Shown here piece after piece: positions 18,298-28,258 of a stretch of DNA of 64,000 bases. Position numbers and translations under genes: made by a program. The DNA is taken from positions 62,001-126,000 of IMG/VR virus record IMGVR_UViG_3300042691_042003, one strand, 5' to 3'. Positions within the stretch are counted from its first letter, which is position 1; the number at the start of each line of letters is the position of its first letter. Below the pieces are notes generated by a model that worked only from the letters and a program-made list of their open reading frames with translations, did no database searches and was not told the DNA's origin.

Positions 18298-19911
18298 ATG
18301 GCCGGTTTTGTAAATCGAGACGAAACTTCACAAGGAGCACCGACTCCTGCTGCAAGAAATTTAGTCAGTAAAGCATTAAAATCTCTTTCATCATTTGGAA
18401 TGATGTATGATGATATGGTGCTTAAAAATTCTAAAGCTATTGGTATTAATGAAGATCGATATGGTTGGAGGATGGATCCTCGAAATGTTGCAGGAGGAGA
18501 ATATGACGATTATGCACTTTTTGCTAATCTTTCAATGACTGATATCAATCTTAGAAAATCGATTTCTATTTTTGATAAATCATATCCAAAGAAAAGAGAA
18601 GATTTAAGAAAATTCGCTATCCAAGATGAAATTGAAGAAATTCTAGATACCCTTTGTGATGAAGCAATTGTTTATGACGATAAAAATTATTTTTGTTTCC
18701 CTCTCGCTTTTGATGATGAAACTCTTGAACCTGGAACTCTTGAAGCAATAAAAATTGCTCTTGATACTAATTTTAAAAGAATTTATCAGTATTTTGGATT
18801 TAATAATGATATAGCTGGATGGTCTTATTTCCGTAAATGGTTAGTTGATGGTTATCTTGCTTTTGAAATTATCTACAATAAAGATCAAACAAGAATTATT
18901 GGATTTAAAGAACTTGATCCTATTTATCTTGAGCCGGGTCTCGATAAAGAAGGAAAGAAAATTTGGAAACAATTTAAAGGTCAACCTAACAAAGAAAGAC
19001 TTATTTATGATTCACAAGTAATTTATATTTCATATGCAAACGTAAATACTGTTAATCGAGTTTCTTATGTTGAAAGATTAATTCGTTCTTTTAACCTTTT
19101 AAGGATTATGGAACATTCTAGAGTTATTTGGGCAACTGTTAACTCTTCATTTAAGACTAAATTTGTTATTCCAGTTGGAGGAAAATCAAAAACTCGAGCT
19201 AAACAATCTCTTGGAGTTCTTATGCAGAATTACAGAGAACAAATTGATTTTGATACTGATTCAGGAGAACTAAAAGTTAATGGTAAACCAATGATGCCTT
19301 TCAATAAAGAATATTGGTTACCTTCCGGTGAAGCTGGAGAACCAACTATTGAAACAATCGGCAATGATGGACCTGATCTTTCAGATACTGAAGCTCTTAA
19401 ATATTTTAGAGAGAAGCTGATTAAGGTTTCTAAAATCCCCCTTTCAAGATTTGATATGGAATCTCCTCCTTCTTGGGAAATGAATGCTGAAGGGATGACT
19501 AGAGATGAAATTAAATTTGGTCGTTTTATTACTCGTCTTCGTTCTGTATTCCAAGAAATTCTAGTAAAACCTCTTTGGATTCAAATGTGTTTAGATTTCC
19601 CTGAATTGAAAGATGATGATGCGTTTAAAGCACAAATTGGAGTAAAATATCATAAATATAATATTTTTGAAGAAATGAAAGAAATTGAAATTCTTCAAAA
19701 AAGATTAGATTTTGTAACTTCAATGAAAGATGGCCTAGTTGAAACCGATGCAAATATGAATGAAATTAAATATTTTGCTTCTGAATTCTTAATACAAAGA
19801 TTCTTAGGTCTTACTCCGGATGATCTAAGAGTTAATAGAAAACTTAAAGAAATTGAAGATCGAGAAAAGATAGAATTAGCTAAAAAATCAGCTGAAGCTA
19901 CTGGAATATAA
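18298..19911 (+). CDS. Portal protein (gp20)
   Basis: WLVDG, ELDP, SYVER, EYWLP, SKIPLSR, TRDEIKFGRFITRLR. Confidence 0.95.
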   Translation: MAGFVNRDETSQGAPTPAARNLVSKALKSLSSFGMMYDDMVLKNSKAIGINEDRYGWRMDPRNVAGGEYDDYALFANLSMTDINLRKSISIFDKSYPKKREDLRKFAIQDEIEEILDTLCDEAIVYDDKNYFCFPLAFDDETLEPGTLEAIKIALDTNFKRIYQYFGFNNDIAGWSYFRKWLVDGYLAFEIIYNKDQTRIIGFKELDPIYLEPGLDKEGKKIWKQFKGQPNKERLIYDSQVIYISYANVNTVNRVSYVERLIRSFNLLRIMEHSRVIWATVNSSFKTKFVIPVGGKSKTRAKQSLGVLMQNYREQIDFDTDSGELKVNGKPMMPFNKEYWLPSGEAGEPTIETIGNDGPDLSDTEALKYFREKLIKVSKIPLSRFDMESPPSWEMNAEGMTRDEIKFGRFITRLRSVFQEILVKPLWIQMCLDFPELKDDDAFKAQIGVKYHKYNIFEEMKEIEILQKRLDFVTSMKDGLVETDANMNEIKYFASEFLIQRFLGLTPDDLRVNRKLKEIEDREKIELAKKSAEATGI

Positions 19912-19956
19912 TATTCTCAGTTAACCCTTGATATATATAAAAAAATAGAAGCCTAA

Positions 19957-21801
19957 ATGAGCAATTATTTACTTGTACTAGAAAGATCTGAAGGTAATCT
20001 TGCAGTTTCGAAAGAAGGCGATAAGTATGTCCTAGAAGGAATTTTTACTGAAATCGGAGTAAAGAATAAAAATAATAGAATTTACGACGAAAAAGAATTA
20101 CTTCCACATATTGAAGAGCTACAAACAAAATTAAAAGGAAATAAACTTCTTGGAGAACTAGATCATCCTAAATCTTTTGATATTTCTCTTAGAAATGCAT
20201 CACATGTAATAGAAGATATTAGCTATGATAAAGGGTCTAAGAAAGTTACTGGTAGAATTCGTTTACTTAATACGGATGCCGGTAAACAAGCTATGGCTCT
20301 TGTTGACGCTGGAGTTCCTCTTCATATTTCTAGTAGAGCTGCTGGTGTTGTTGAAGGTAATGGTCATGTAAAAATTAAGAAAATGTTTACTTATGATTTA
20401 GTTGCAGATCCTGGATTTGCTAACGCTGAATTAAAAAGAGTAAACGAATCTTTTGGATTTTCTGATGACGATTTAATTCAAATATTTGAAATTCCTAGCA
20501 CAATAGACGAATCATTTGTTGATGATAAATATACAAAACAAACAAAAAAAGAAGAAATGGATTCTAATCAATACATCAAGGTTGAGGATTTCAATGAATA
20601 TACCAAGCATTTAAAAGAAGAAATCGACGGATTGAAAAAATCTTTAACCGAATCTAAAAATTCAAACGATTCTGAAATCAATGAAGGTTTAGTTCGTTAT
20701 GCTGAAGAAACAGCAAAGAGAGTAAATCAAATCCAAGAATATGTTGGAAAACTTGCCGAATCGGTTGATGGTCTTATTTCACATAACGATTATATCGTTG
20801 AAAATCTAGAAAAAGTTAAAGATTATGCTGAAATGGTTGGAGAAAGATCTAATCAAGGTATTAATTATGCTGAGAAGCTTGCTGAATCGGTAGATCATCT
20901 TATCGAATATACCAAGATAATTGCTGAGAAAGCTGATCAAGGTATCGAATACACTAAGCATATTGCTGAAATGACAGATAATAATATCGAATACACAAAG
21001 CACGTTGCTTTAAAAGCTGATCAAGGTATCGAATACACTAAGTATATCGCTAATGAAAATTCTAATCGTTGGAATTATCAAACCTATATGAATGAGCAAC
21101 TTGATAATGTAATTTCTCATAACGATTATATCGTTGAAGGAACTTCTTCTATTATTGAATATACTGAATATCTCAAAGAACAAACCGAAAATCTTGCTAA
21201 TTACATGAACCATGTGGTTGAAAAGATTAATGAAGGATTTGTTCCTAATTCTTTTGAACCTAAAGATGATTTTGAAAAAGAAATTTCTGAAAAAATCGGA
21301 TCTATTTTAGAATCAGTTAAAGAAGAGGTTTCTTTTGAAAAGAAAGATAATAATTTGAATTTCTTAAATTTCCTTTCTGAAAGTAAAAGAAATCAATTCC
21401 ATTCTCTTAACGATGATATGAAAGAAAGAGTTATTTCTACATTTGAATCTAATAAATATTATGGTTCTGCTGATGCAGAAAAGCTTTTCGAATCTATCTT
21501 TATTATTCAAGCCCCTGTAATGAATTGGCTATCTAATATGCCTTCTAAATACAGAGAAGCATGGAACGGACTTAATGAATCTCAGAAAAATGCAATCAAA
21601 GCTCAAGCTTCTGTTAGAAATCTTGATACTCAATACAAAATTGACGATTTCTGGTCTACAAGAGATTTAAGAACTGTTAAAGTTGAAACTCCTCTTACTG
21701 AATCTAATGAAACAGTAATTGAAGAATCCCCTAAATATGTAACTCCTTCTACATATATGCAAACAGTTGAAGACGAATTAAGAAGGAGATTTAAAAGATA
21801 A
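19957..21801 (+). CDS. Prohead protease (gp21) fused to a scaffold/core domain
   Basis: LEGIF, NKNNRIY, GELDHP, ISSRAAG, YDLVADPGF in the first ~160 aa; then ~450 aa acidic coiled coil. Confidence 0.9.
   Translation: MSNYLLVLERSEGNLAVSKEGDKYVLEGIFTEIGVKNKNNRIYDEKELLPHIEELQTKLKGNKLLGELDHPKSFDISLRNASHVIEDISYDKGSKKVTGRIRLLNTDAGKQAMALVDAGVPLHISSRAAGVVEGNGHVKIKKMFTYDLVADPGFANAELKRVNESFGFSDDDLIQIFEIPSTIDESFVDDKYTKQTKKEEMDSNQYIKVEDFNEYTKHLKEEIDGLKKSLTESKNSNDSEINEGLVRYAEETAKRVNQIQEYVGKLAESVDGLISHNDYIVENLEKVKDYAEMVGERSNQGINYAEKLAESVDHLIEYTKIIAEKADQGIEYTKHIAEMTDNNIEYTKHVALKADQGIEYTKYIANENSNRWNYQTYMNEQLDNVISHNDYIVEGTSSIIEYTEYLKEQTENLANYMNHVVEKINEGFVPNSFEPKDDFEKEISEKIGSILESVKEEVSFEKKDNNLNFLNFLSESKRNQFHSLNDDMKERVISTFESNKYYGSADAEKLFESIFIIQAPVMNWLSNMPSKYREAWNGLNESQKNAIKAQASVRNLDTQYKIDDFWSTRDLRTVKVETPLTESNETVIEESPKYVTPSTYMQTVEDELRRRFKR
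20860..21060 (+). repeat. 42-bp (14-aa) period degenerate repeat in the scaffold domain
   Basis: ADQGIEYTKHIAEM / TDNNIEYTKHVALK / ADQGIEYTKYIANE; AGCTGATCAAGGTATCGAATACACTAAG at 20931 and 21015. Confidence 0.85.
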
Positions 21802-21894
21802 TCTAATCAAATAGATATATACTATAACGCAAAATCTGCTAAGACACAAAAAGCAAAAGGCGTAAATTAAAAACAAACAAAAATAAAATTAATT

Positions 21895-23529
21895 ATGTAT
21901 TTAATTAACGAACAAGAAGTTTTCGGTAAATGGGCTCCAATTATCGAATCAACTACCGGCATTCAGGATCGTTCTAAAGTTGAATGGATGTCTAAGTACT
22001 GTCATTATCATGAATTGTACGAAAATAATAACCTCGCTCAACTTGGTGCTGTAAATGGCATGGGAGCTACTCGTTTCCCTGGAGATCCAGGAACTCAAAG
22101 TCAGTTCTTCTCTCAAGAAACTGGTTCTGGTGATAAGGCTCACACTCTTCTTCCTCTTGCTATGCAAGTTGCAGCTCAGACTGTAGGTCTTGATCTAGTT
22201 CCTGTTGTACCTATGCCTGGTCCTATGGGTGTTCTTACCTATCTTGACTTCGTATATGGTGGTGGTAAAACTAATGGTACTGGTGCTAACATTCCTCTCC
22301 TTGTAAAAGTTGATGTAGGATCTACTGCTGCTCCTGGTGCTGCTGGAACTACTGGAGGTATTACTTATACTTATGTAGGACCTTCTCGTATTGACGGTAA
22401 TGCTATATTCCATATTACTGGTTCTCTTACTACTGGTACTATTCTTTCTAATATGTATGCTTCTGCTGGTTCTACTAACCTTAACAATGTTAAATATACT
22501 GGAGCTGTTACTAAGGTTGAATTAGTTAAAGCTCTCGAAGATCATATTACTGGTTTCTCTGGAGATTCTCTTCGTGCTGGAATTTATGCAGATACTGCTA
22601 ATAATGGTGTTAATGATCCTCTTTCTCGTTTTGATGGTGAAGGAACTCAAGATAACATCATGAACTTAAGCCTTTTCAACAAATCTGTTGAAGCTAAAAC
22701 TTTCCAAGTTGCTGCTGCTGTTACTCGTGAGCAAGTTCAGGATCTTAAGCAATTTGGAGTTGATGCTGTTTCTCAGGTTGAATCTGTTCTTATTAACGAA
22801 CTTACTCAATCTATCAACAAGAACATTCTTTCTAGAATCTTCGCTCTTGGTGAAAGAAACCACTCTCAAGTTATTTCTACTCAAGGTCTTAACTTCTTCT
22901 TGAACCTTGGTTCTATTCCTAGATTAGTATCTTATGCTTCTGTTACTAACGCTCCTTATACTGCTTTTGCTTCTTATCTTAGCAGCAATTACAGTAATTT
23001 AACAGGTGCTACAATGAACGCAACTGAAAATTCTTCTTCACCTGCTGAAAACCTTTCTACTCGTCAGCGTAAGATCATGTCTAAGATCCTTGCAATTGCT
23101 AACCTAATTGCTATCCGTGGTCGTCGTGGTCCTGCTACTTTCGTAGTAACTAACGGTCAAGTATGTTCTGCTCTTCAGGATGTAGCTGGTTTCGTACCTG
23201 CTCCTATGGCTAACACCATCAATCAGATGAGCGGTTCTCTTTACCCAATCGGTACCCTTGCTGGTCTTGCTATCTACAACGATCCTAACATGGCTTGGAA
23301 CGATACTCGTTTCTGTGTAGGTCGTAAAGGTGATGGTAATTCTCCAGGACTCGTATTTATGCCTTACTTGATGGCTGAATCTGTTCAGACTATCGCTGAA
23401 GGTACTATGGCTCCTAAGGTTGCTGTTAAGTCTCGTTATGCTCTCGTTGAAGCTGGTTTCCACCCACAAACCATGTATTTAACTTCCGGAGTTCATATCG
23501 ATTCTCTTATCGCTGGAGGTTTAGTATAA
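21895..23529 (+). CDS. Major capsid protein (gp23)
   Basis: KWAPIIE, VVPMPGP.G, EQVQDLK, LINE....IN, RRG...FVV, FMPY, P...VKSRYAL. Confidence 0.95.
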   Translation: MYLINEQEVFGKWAPIIESTTGIQDRSKVEWMSKYCHYHELYENNNLAQLGAVNGMGATRFPGDPGTQSQFFSQETGSGDKAHTLLPLAMQVAAQTVGLDLVPVVPMPGPMGVLTYLDFVYGGGKTNGTGANIPLLVKVDVGSTAAPGAAGTTGGITYTYVGPSRIDGNAIFHITGSLTTGTILSNMYASAGSTNLNNVKYTGAVTKVELVKALEDHITGFSGDSLRAGIYADTANNGVNDPLSRFDGEGTQDNIMNLSLFNKSVEAKTFQVAAAVTREQVQDLKQFGVDAVSQVESVLINELTQSINKNILSRIFALGERNHSQVISTQGLNFFLNLGSIPRLVSYASVTNAPYTAFASYLSSNYSNLTGATMNATENSSSPAENLSTRQRKIMSKILAIANLIAIRGRRGPATFVVTNGQVCSALQDVAGFVPAPMANTINQMSGSLYPIGTLAGLAIYNDPNMAWNDTRFCVGRKGDGNSPGLVFMPYLMAESVQTIAEGTMAPKVAVKSRYALVEAGFHPQTMYLTSGVHIDSLIAGGLV

Positions 23530-23547
23530 TATACTTCATTCCTTATC

Positions 23548-23580
23548 AAAAAAGAGCTCTCTTTGGAGAGCTCTTTTTTT
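23548..23580 (+). terminator. Rho-independent terminator after major capsid gene
   Basis: AAAAAAGAGCTCTC-TTTG-GAGAGCTCTTTTTTT. Confidence 0.9.
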
Positions 23581-23612
23581 GTAGATATATAATTAAATTA
23601 GTCTAACTAAAT

Positions 23613-24179
23613 ATGGTATTTGTACAACCTATTAACGTTCTTCGTATACAAGAAGAGCTTAAAAAATATCAAGATCTTTGTAATCAATATAATCATACTC
23701 CTATAAAGAAGGAATTTGAAGATATTGTAAATTTTATTCTTCTTCATAGCGGTACTTCAGGGGATATATTTGAATGTAATTCTTCTACAATAGATTTCCT
23801 ATATGAAGATTTTATCCAAAAAATAAATGAAGCTCACGCTGAAGCAGGTGGAGAAGCTCAATGGGACAATGCAGTAGATGCTGCTACAAACGTTGCAAAA
23901 GGAGTAATGAAAGGTTTAGCAGTAGGAGCTGCTTTAACTGCAGTTTATATTGCATTTCTTTTTAAAAGAGGTAAATTAAAAGCTTCTTTAGATAATGAAA
24001 AGAAAATAGAAATGGATAAACTTAATGCATTTAAGAAAATTATTGATCTTTCTATTCAAGTTTCAAAAATAAAAGGAGAACCACCTCCTAAATTAACATC
24101 TTTAACCCAACCTTCTACAACAGAAGAGCCGGGAATGCCTGAAAAACCTGATAGTCCAGGATCATCTGATCAAAACTAA
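23613..24179 (+). CDS. Hypothetical late protein with a hydrophobic segment
   Basis: Preceded by GATATATAA; INE/A site; GLAVGAALTAVYIAFLF. Confidence 0.65.
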   Translation: MVFVQPINVLRIQEELKKYQDLCNQYNHTPIKKEFEDIVNFILLHSGTSGDIFECNSSTIDFLYEDFIQKINEAHAEAGGEAQWDNAVDAATNVAKGVMKGLAVGAALTAVYIAFLFKRGKLKASLDNEKKIEMDKLNAFKKIIDLSIQVSKIKGEPPPKLTSLTQPSTTEEPGMPEKPDSPGSSDQN

Positions 24180-24187
24180 TCATCAAT

Positions 24188-25285
24188 ATGAAAGATTTAA
24201 ATTCTATAAAAGATTTATATTTGTATAAATTATACGAAGAAAATCTAATAAGTTCATTAGAAGAAATTTTAAATGAAGAAGATTCTAAGGAAGGAGAAAA
24301 AAAATCTCTTATCGATAAGATAAGAGATAAGATAAGGTCTTTGAGAGAAAAGATGCCAGAAAATCCTGATAATAAACCTGCTATTACTAAAAAAAGAGAA
24401 GCTATTTCAAATAAAATTGATACTCTTAAAGACCAAGTAGAAAAAGAGGAAAAAAAGGAGGAATCTAATGATAAAAAAATTAAAAGATTAGAAGAAGAAT
24501 ACAAAAAGGCTAAAGAAAATTATGAATCTCAGTATGCCGATTTAGTAGAAGCTGGTAAAAGTGCTAGAGAAGCTACTCATAAAATTCTTGAAAGTGGATT
24601 TTTTGGAAGAGTGAATTTTTTTGCTTGGTTATTTGTTAGTAGTAGAAGAGCTAAAACTAGGGTTGAATTTCTAGAAGGTCTTTCTAAAATGATTCCTAAT
24701 CAAGAAAAAGCTAAAATGGTTGATGATCAGCTTAATAAAGCTAAAGAAATCGCTGATTCTTTAACAAAACAAATGGATGAAGCTGAAGAAAGGGGAGAAG
24801 AATCTGCTAAGAAAACAGATCCAAAAAAATTAGAAAAAGCACAATCTTCTGAAACTCCTGAAGAAACTCCTGAAGAAACTCCTGAAGAAACTCCTGAAGA
24901 AACTCCAGAAAAAGGAGATGAAGAAAGGCAAAATTTAATGGGTTCCGGAAGTTCAGAAGAACCTAAAGAAGATGATCTAAAAAAAGAAGAACCTAAAGAA
25001 GATACAGAAGATGAGAAGAAAAAAATTGAATCTCAAATAGACGAATTAAAATCTAAATTAGAAGATGTTAAAAAATCGGCTGAAGAGAAAAAATCAGAAG
25101 GTGATGAAGAATCTTATAAATCAATAATGGATAACGTTGAAAAAATTCAAAATGTTATTAAAGAATTAGAAGATAAAAAATCAACATTAGAATCTTTTGA
25201 TGAAGATAGCTCTAAAATTTGGGCAATTAATTGGTTATTAAATGATCTTCAAAATAGAATTAATCTAGGAGAACTAAATGGTTGA
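24188..25285 (+). CDS. Highly charged coiled-coil protein, putative head internal protein
   Basis: E/K-rich; LYE/E, LNE/E and LE/S sites; ETPE repeats. Confidence 0.65.
   Translation: MKDLNSIKDLYLYKLYEENLISSLEEILNEEDSKEGEKKSLIDKIRDKIRSLREKMPENPDNKPAITKKREAISNKIDTLKDQVEKEEKKEESNDKKIKRLEEEYKKAKENYESQYADLVEAGKSAREATHKILESGFFGRVNFFAWLFVSSRRAKTRVEFLEGLSKMIPNQEKAKMVDDQLNKAKEIADSLTKQMDEAEERGEESAKKTDPKKLEKAQSSETPEETPEETPEETPEETPEKGDEERQNLMGSGSSEEPKEDDLKKEEPKEDTEDEKKKIESQIDELKSKLEDVKKSAEEKKSEGDEESYKSIMDNVEKIQNVIKELEDKKSTLESFDEDSSKIWAINWLLNDLQNRINLGELNG
24851..24910 (+). repeat. 5 x 12-bp tandem repeat (GAAACTCCTGAA) encoding ETPE
   Basis: Read directly from the sequence. Confidence 0.92.
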
Positions 25286-25766
25286 AATTCGTAGACAAAA
25301 TGCAGGCAAAACACCTACAAAATACGGAATAGTTACAAAAGGTCTAAAACCTAGATATAAAAAAGTTCTTAATGAAAATCCGGTTATTAAGAAATATTCG
25401 GATGATGATAGGTTCATACAGGCCATCTTCAGGATTGAAGATGAGAAGATAAGATTATCCCATTTACAAAGGCCGTTTGTTCACCCTGTGTCAAAAGAGA
25501 TATACACGTTTGAATGTATTAAAGACTCTTATAAAATATTTAATTGGGAATGTGCTTATTGTAAAATTCCAATACAATCGAGAATAGATAGATTTAGTCC
25601 TGATAATTTTACATGTGAAAAATGCTATAAGTACTATATTAAAGATTCTAAAAAAATAAATCAAAGAATTATTGAGTCTTCACTTTCTTTTACCGAAAAA
25701 TGTAAGAGGATGATGATAGATAATCAGAAATCATTCTTAAAATATCTAAAGAAAAATGAAAAATAG
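25278..25766 (+). CDS. Hypothetical zinc-finger protein
   Basis: CAYC...CEKC; basic. Confidence 0.6.
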   Translation: MVEIRRQNAGKTPTKYGIVTKGLKPRYKKVLNENPVIKKYSDDDRFIQAIFRIEDEKIRLSHLQRPFVHPVSKEIYTFECIKDSYKIFNWECAYCKIPIQSRIDRFSPDNFTCEKCYKYYIKDSKKINQRIIESSLSFTEKCKRMMIDNQKSFLKYLKKNEK

Positions 25767-27231
25767 GTTCGATTATTTTGATCAATTTGTTTTAAATGAA
25801 GCTAAGAAAAATAAAACCCCTAAGATTAAGGTTCTTATGCTCTCAAATATTAGTGAAGAATCTTATACTGTTCCTGCAGTTGAAGCCGAATGTAAAAAGA
25901 GGGGGATAGTTTTCCGTATTATCGATATTAACACTTGCTCTTTAATTAAAGATAAGAAAGGAGACGGTTATATTATAAATGATAAAACTAAGGTTCCTTT
26001 TAAAATAGATTCTGAAGACACAGCTATACTTACTAGAAGAGGAGTCGTTAGAAGTACTATGACGAGAGATCTTATTTCTCAATTAGAGGATGCCAATTTC
26101 TTTGTTGTTAATACTCTTGAATCTATTCTTGCTTGTGAGAATAAATTTGTCACTTCAAAAATTCTTATGAATGCTGGAATTCCAGTTCCTAAAATGGCAA
26201 TTGTTGATGGTGAAGAATCTATCGATTCAGCTCTAAAAGAAATAGGTGGTCAATTTCCTATAGTTCTTAAAATGCTTTCAGGATCTCATGGTATTGGAGT
26301 TTCTATTATTGAATCTCTCGCTTCTCTTAAATCGGTTTTACAAACTATGTGGAAAATCGATCCAAATATCGAAACTCTTATTCAAGAAAAAATTGATTCT
26401 GATTACGATCTAAGAATCCACGTTCTTACTAAAAGATTTAATTCTCCTTCTCCGGATGAAACCGATTCAGTTCTCCTTGGTTATATGAGACGTAATAGAG
26501 TTAAAAAAGATTTCAGAACTAATTATTCTCTTGGAGGAACGGTTGAAAAAACTAAGGTTACTCCTGAACAAGAAAAAATTGCGATTGAGGCTGCTAAAGC
26601 TGTAGGTTGTAATTGGTGCGGTGTTGATCTGATCGTTGATAAGAAAACGAAGAAAAATTATGTTCTTGAAGTTAATTCTTCTCCAGGAACACAAGGTTTG
26701 AAAAAAGCTACAGGAGTCGACGTAGTAAAAGATATAGTTGATTTTCTTTCGGATAAAAAGAATTGGATTAGATCTCGTAGAGTTATAGGTTTTAGAGAGG
26801 TAATAACAATTCCAGAAATAGGTGATGTTATTGCTAAATTTGATACTGGTAACGGAGCTATGTCTTGCTCATTAACTTACGATACTGCAGAATTAATTGA
26901 TGGAGATAAATTTATCGAATGGGAATTAGGAGGTAAAAAATTCAAAAGTAAAGTAGTAGGATTTTCTACTGCTGAAGTCGGTCCTAAAACACACGAAAGG
27001 CCTACTATTCTTATGGACATATCTTTTGCAGGTAAAACTTATAAAGATGTTGAAGTTTCTCTAGTAGACCGTAAAGAAAAATCTACTAAATTCTTAGTAA
27101 ATAGAAAATTCATGGAAAGAATAGGATGTTCTGTTTCTCCTTATAAAACATTTATGATTACTTCTTTTGATGGAGAATATTCAGCAAGAGATGCAAAAGG
27201 AGATCCACATGCAGGAATAAAATTTATATAA
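25756..27231 (+). CDS. rimK: RimK-family ATP-grasp ligase fused to a C-terminal retropepsin-like (RimB-type) protease, with capsid-targeting-like leader
   Basis: GIPVPK, FPIVLK, GSHGIGV, IQEKI, DLRIHV, FRTNYSLGG, GVDL, LEVNSSPG; then IGFRE...AKFDTGNG...RP....LVDR...LVNR. Confidence 0.88.
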   Translation: MKNRFDYFDQFVLNEAKKNKTPKIKVLMLSNISEESYTVPAVEAECKKRGIVFRIIDINTCSLIKDKKGDGYIINDKTKVPFKIDSEDTAILTRRGVVRSTMTRDLISQLEDANFFVVNTLESILACENKFVTSKILMNAGIPVPKMAIVDGEESIDSALKEIGGQFPIVLKMLSGSHGIGVSIIESLASLKSVLQTMWKIDPNIETLIQEKIDSDYDLRIHVLTKRFNSPSPDETDSVLLGYMRRNRVKKDFRTNYSLGGTVEKTKVTPEQEKIAIEAAKAVGCNWCGVDLIVDKKTKKNYVLEVNSSPGTQGLKKATGVDVVKDIVDFLSDKKNWIRSRRVIGFREVITIPEIGDVIAKFDTGNGAMSCSLTYDTAELIDGDKFIEWELGGKKFKSKVVGFSTAEVGPKTHERPTILMDISFAGKTYKDVEVSLVDRKEKSTKFLVNRKFMERIGCSVSPYKTFMITSFDGEYSARDAKGDPHAGIKFI

Positions 27232-27233
27232 AT

Positions 27234-27485
27234 ATGAAAAAGCTAAAAAATATTCAATCAATTGAAGAATATTTAGGAGAAGCAGCAGGTTCTCCTAATA
27301 CAGAAAATTATATGTTTTTTGAAAATCTAAAAACTATAAAACAAAGTATAGAAGAACTTATGACCCTTGATCCTATTATGGTAGATCAAATTCTTCAAGA
27401 TGGTCATGATTGGGCAGAAGATCATATTGCAACTGCTAAGGAATCAATCGATCAGGTTACTCACTTTTTTATGAACAAAAAATAA
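27234..27485 (+). CDS. Small helical protein with leader-like N-terminus (IQSIEEYLGE)
   Basis: 83 aa; GHDWAEDHIATAKE. Confidence 0.65.
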   Translation: MKKLKNIQSIEEYLGEAAGSPNTENYMFFENLKTIKQSIEELMTLDPIMVDQILQDGHDWAEDHIATAKESIDQVTHFFMNKK

Positions 27486-27493
27486 AGGTCAAT

Positions 27494-27802
27494 TTATCGA
27501 CCTTTTTTCATTTTTATAATCATTAGAATTGATAGAAGAATCGAAGTGCTCATAAATCCATATGCAATGAATTTTGGAATTTGTGAATGAAATTCATGAA
27601 GCATCCAAAATATATTCATAAAAATCCAAGAAGTAACGGTTAAATTTTCTAATCTATTTTCTTTCTCGGTCCATAACATATAAAGAGAGAAAAAGATTGT
27701 TGGAACCGTCATTATTTTTGCAAGGAGAGATAATTGAAGGCACCATAATGAATCTTTAATTACCCAAGAAATAATATGCAGCTTATTAGAAATTTCTTTC
27801 AT
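27494..27802 (-). CDS. Small membrane protein
   Basis: Three to four hydrophobic segments; start overlaps the speD stop. Confidence 0.7.
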   Translation of the reverse strand: MKEISNKLHIISWVIKDSLWCLQLSLLAKIMTVPTIFFSLYMLWTEKENRLENLTVTSWIFMNIFWMLHEFHSQIPKFIAYGFMSTSILLSILMIIKMKKGR

Positions 27803-28227
27803 TAGTATTCAGAATTATTATAGCTGCTATGATCTCTTTCAATAGTTTCAGATCCATTAGACACTACATGTAAACCTTTATTTCGATCGATCATCATCCA
27901 ATCATAACTAACAAGTTCCATCATATCTAAATGATCTATAACTGTTTGAAGTTCATATTTTTTACATGAATAAATATCAAATTGTAACATAGGAACTTCT
28001 AAAGCATCCCATATATGAATTGAAGCATGAGATGTTGCTAAGGTAACAGTTCCAGTGATTCCTTCATTACCTTCTTCATCAACATAAACCGATGTAGGTC
28101 CAGCAACTACGACCATTCCAACTTTTTCTACTAAATCTCTAAACCATTTATTTAAGATTTCTTCTGATTTAATAGGTTTTTTACAAAAAGCTTTTACCAA
28201 CAAATGTTGATGATAGGGTATGAACAT
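27802..28227 (-). CDS. speD: Pyruvoyl-dependent S-adenosylmethionine decarboxylase family proenzyme
   Basis: HQHLLV, GITG...LATSHASIHIW (self-cleavage serine), FDIYSCK. Confidence 0.88.
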   Translation of the reverse strand: MFIPYHQHLLVKAFCKKPIKSEEILNKWFRDLVEKVGMVVVAGPTSVYVDEEGNEGITGTVTLATSHASIHIWDALEVPMLQFDIYSCKKYELQTVIDHLDMMELVSYDWMMIDRNKGLHVVSNGSETIERDHSSYNNSEY

Positions 28228-28258
28228 TTCTTTAAATTTTTGTTTATTTATTCTTAAA

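Noticed and set aside
21949-23469. Several minus-strand and alternate-frame ORFs over the major capsid gene
   Set aside because: Shadow ORFs caused by strong NNT codon bias; Ser/Thr/Arg-rich translations with no motifs
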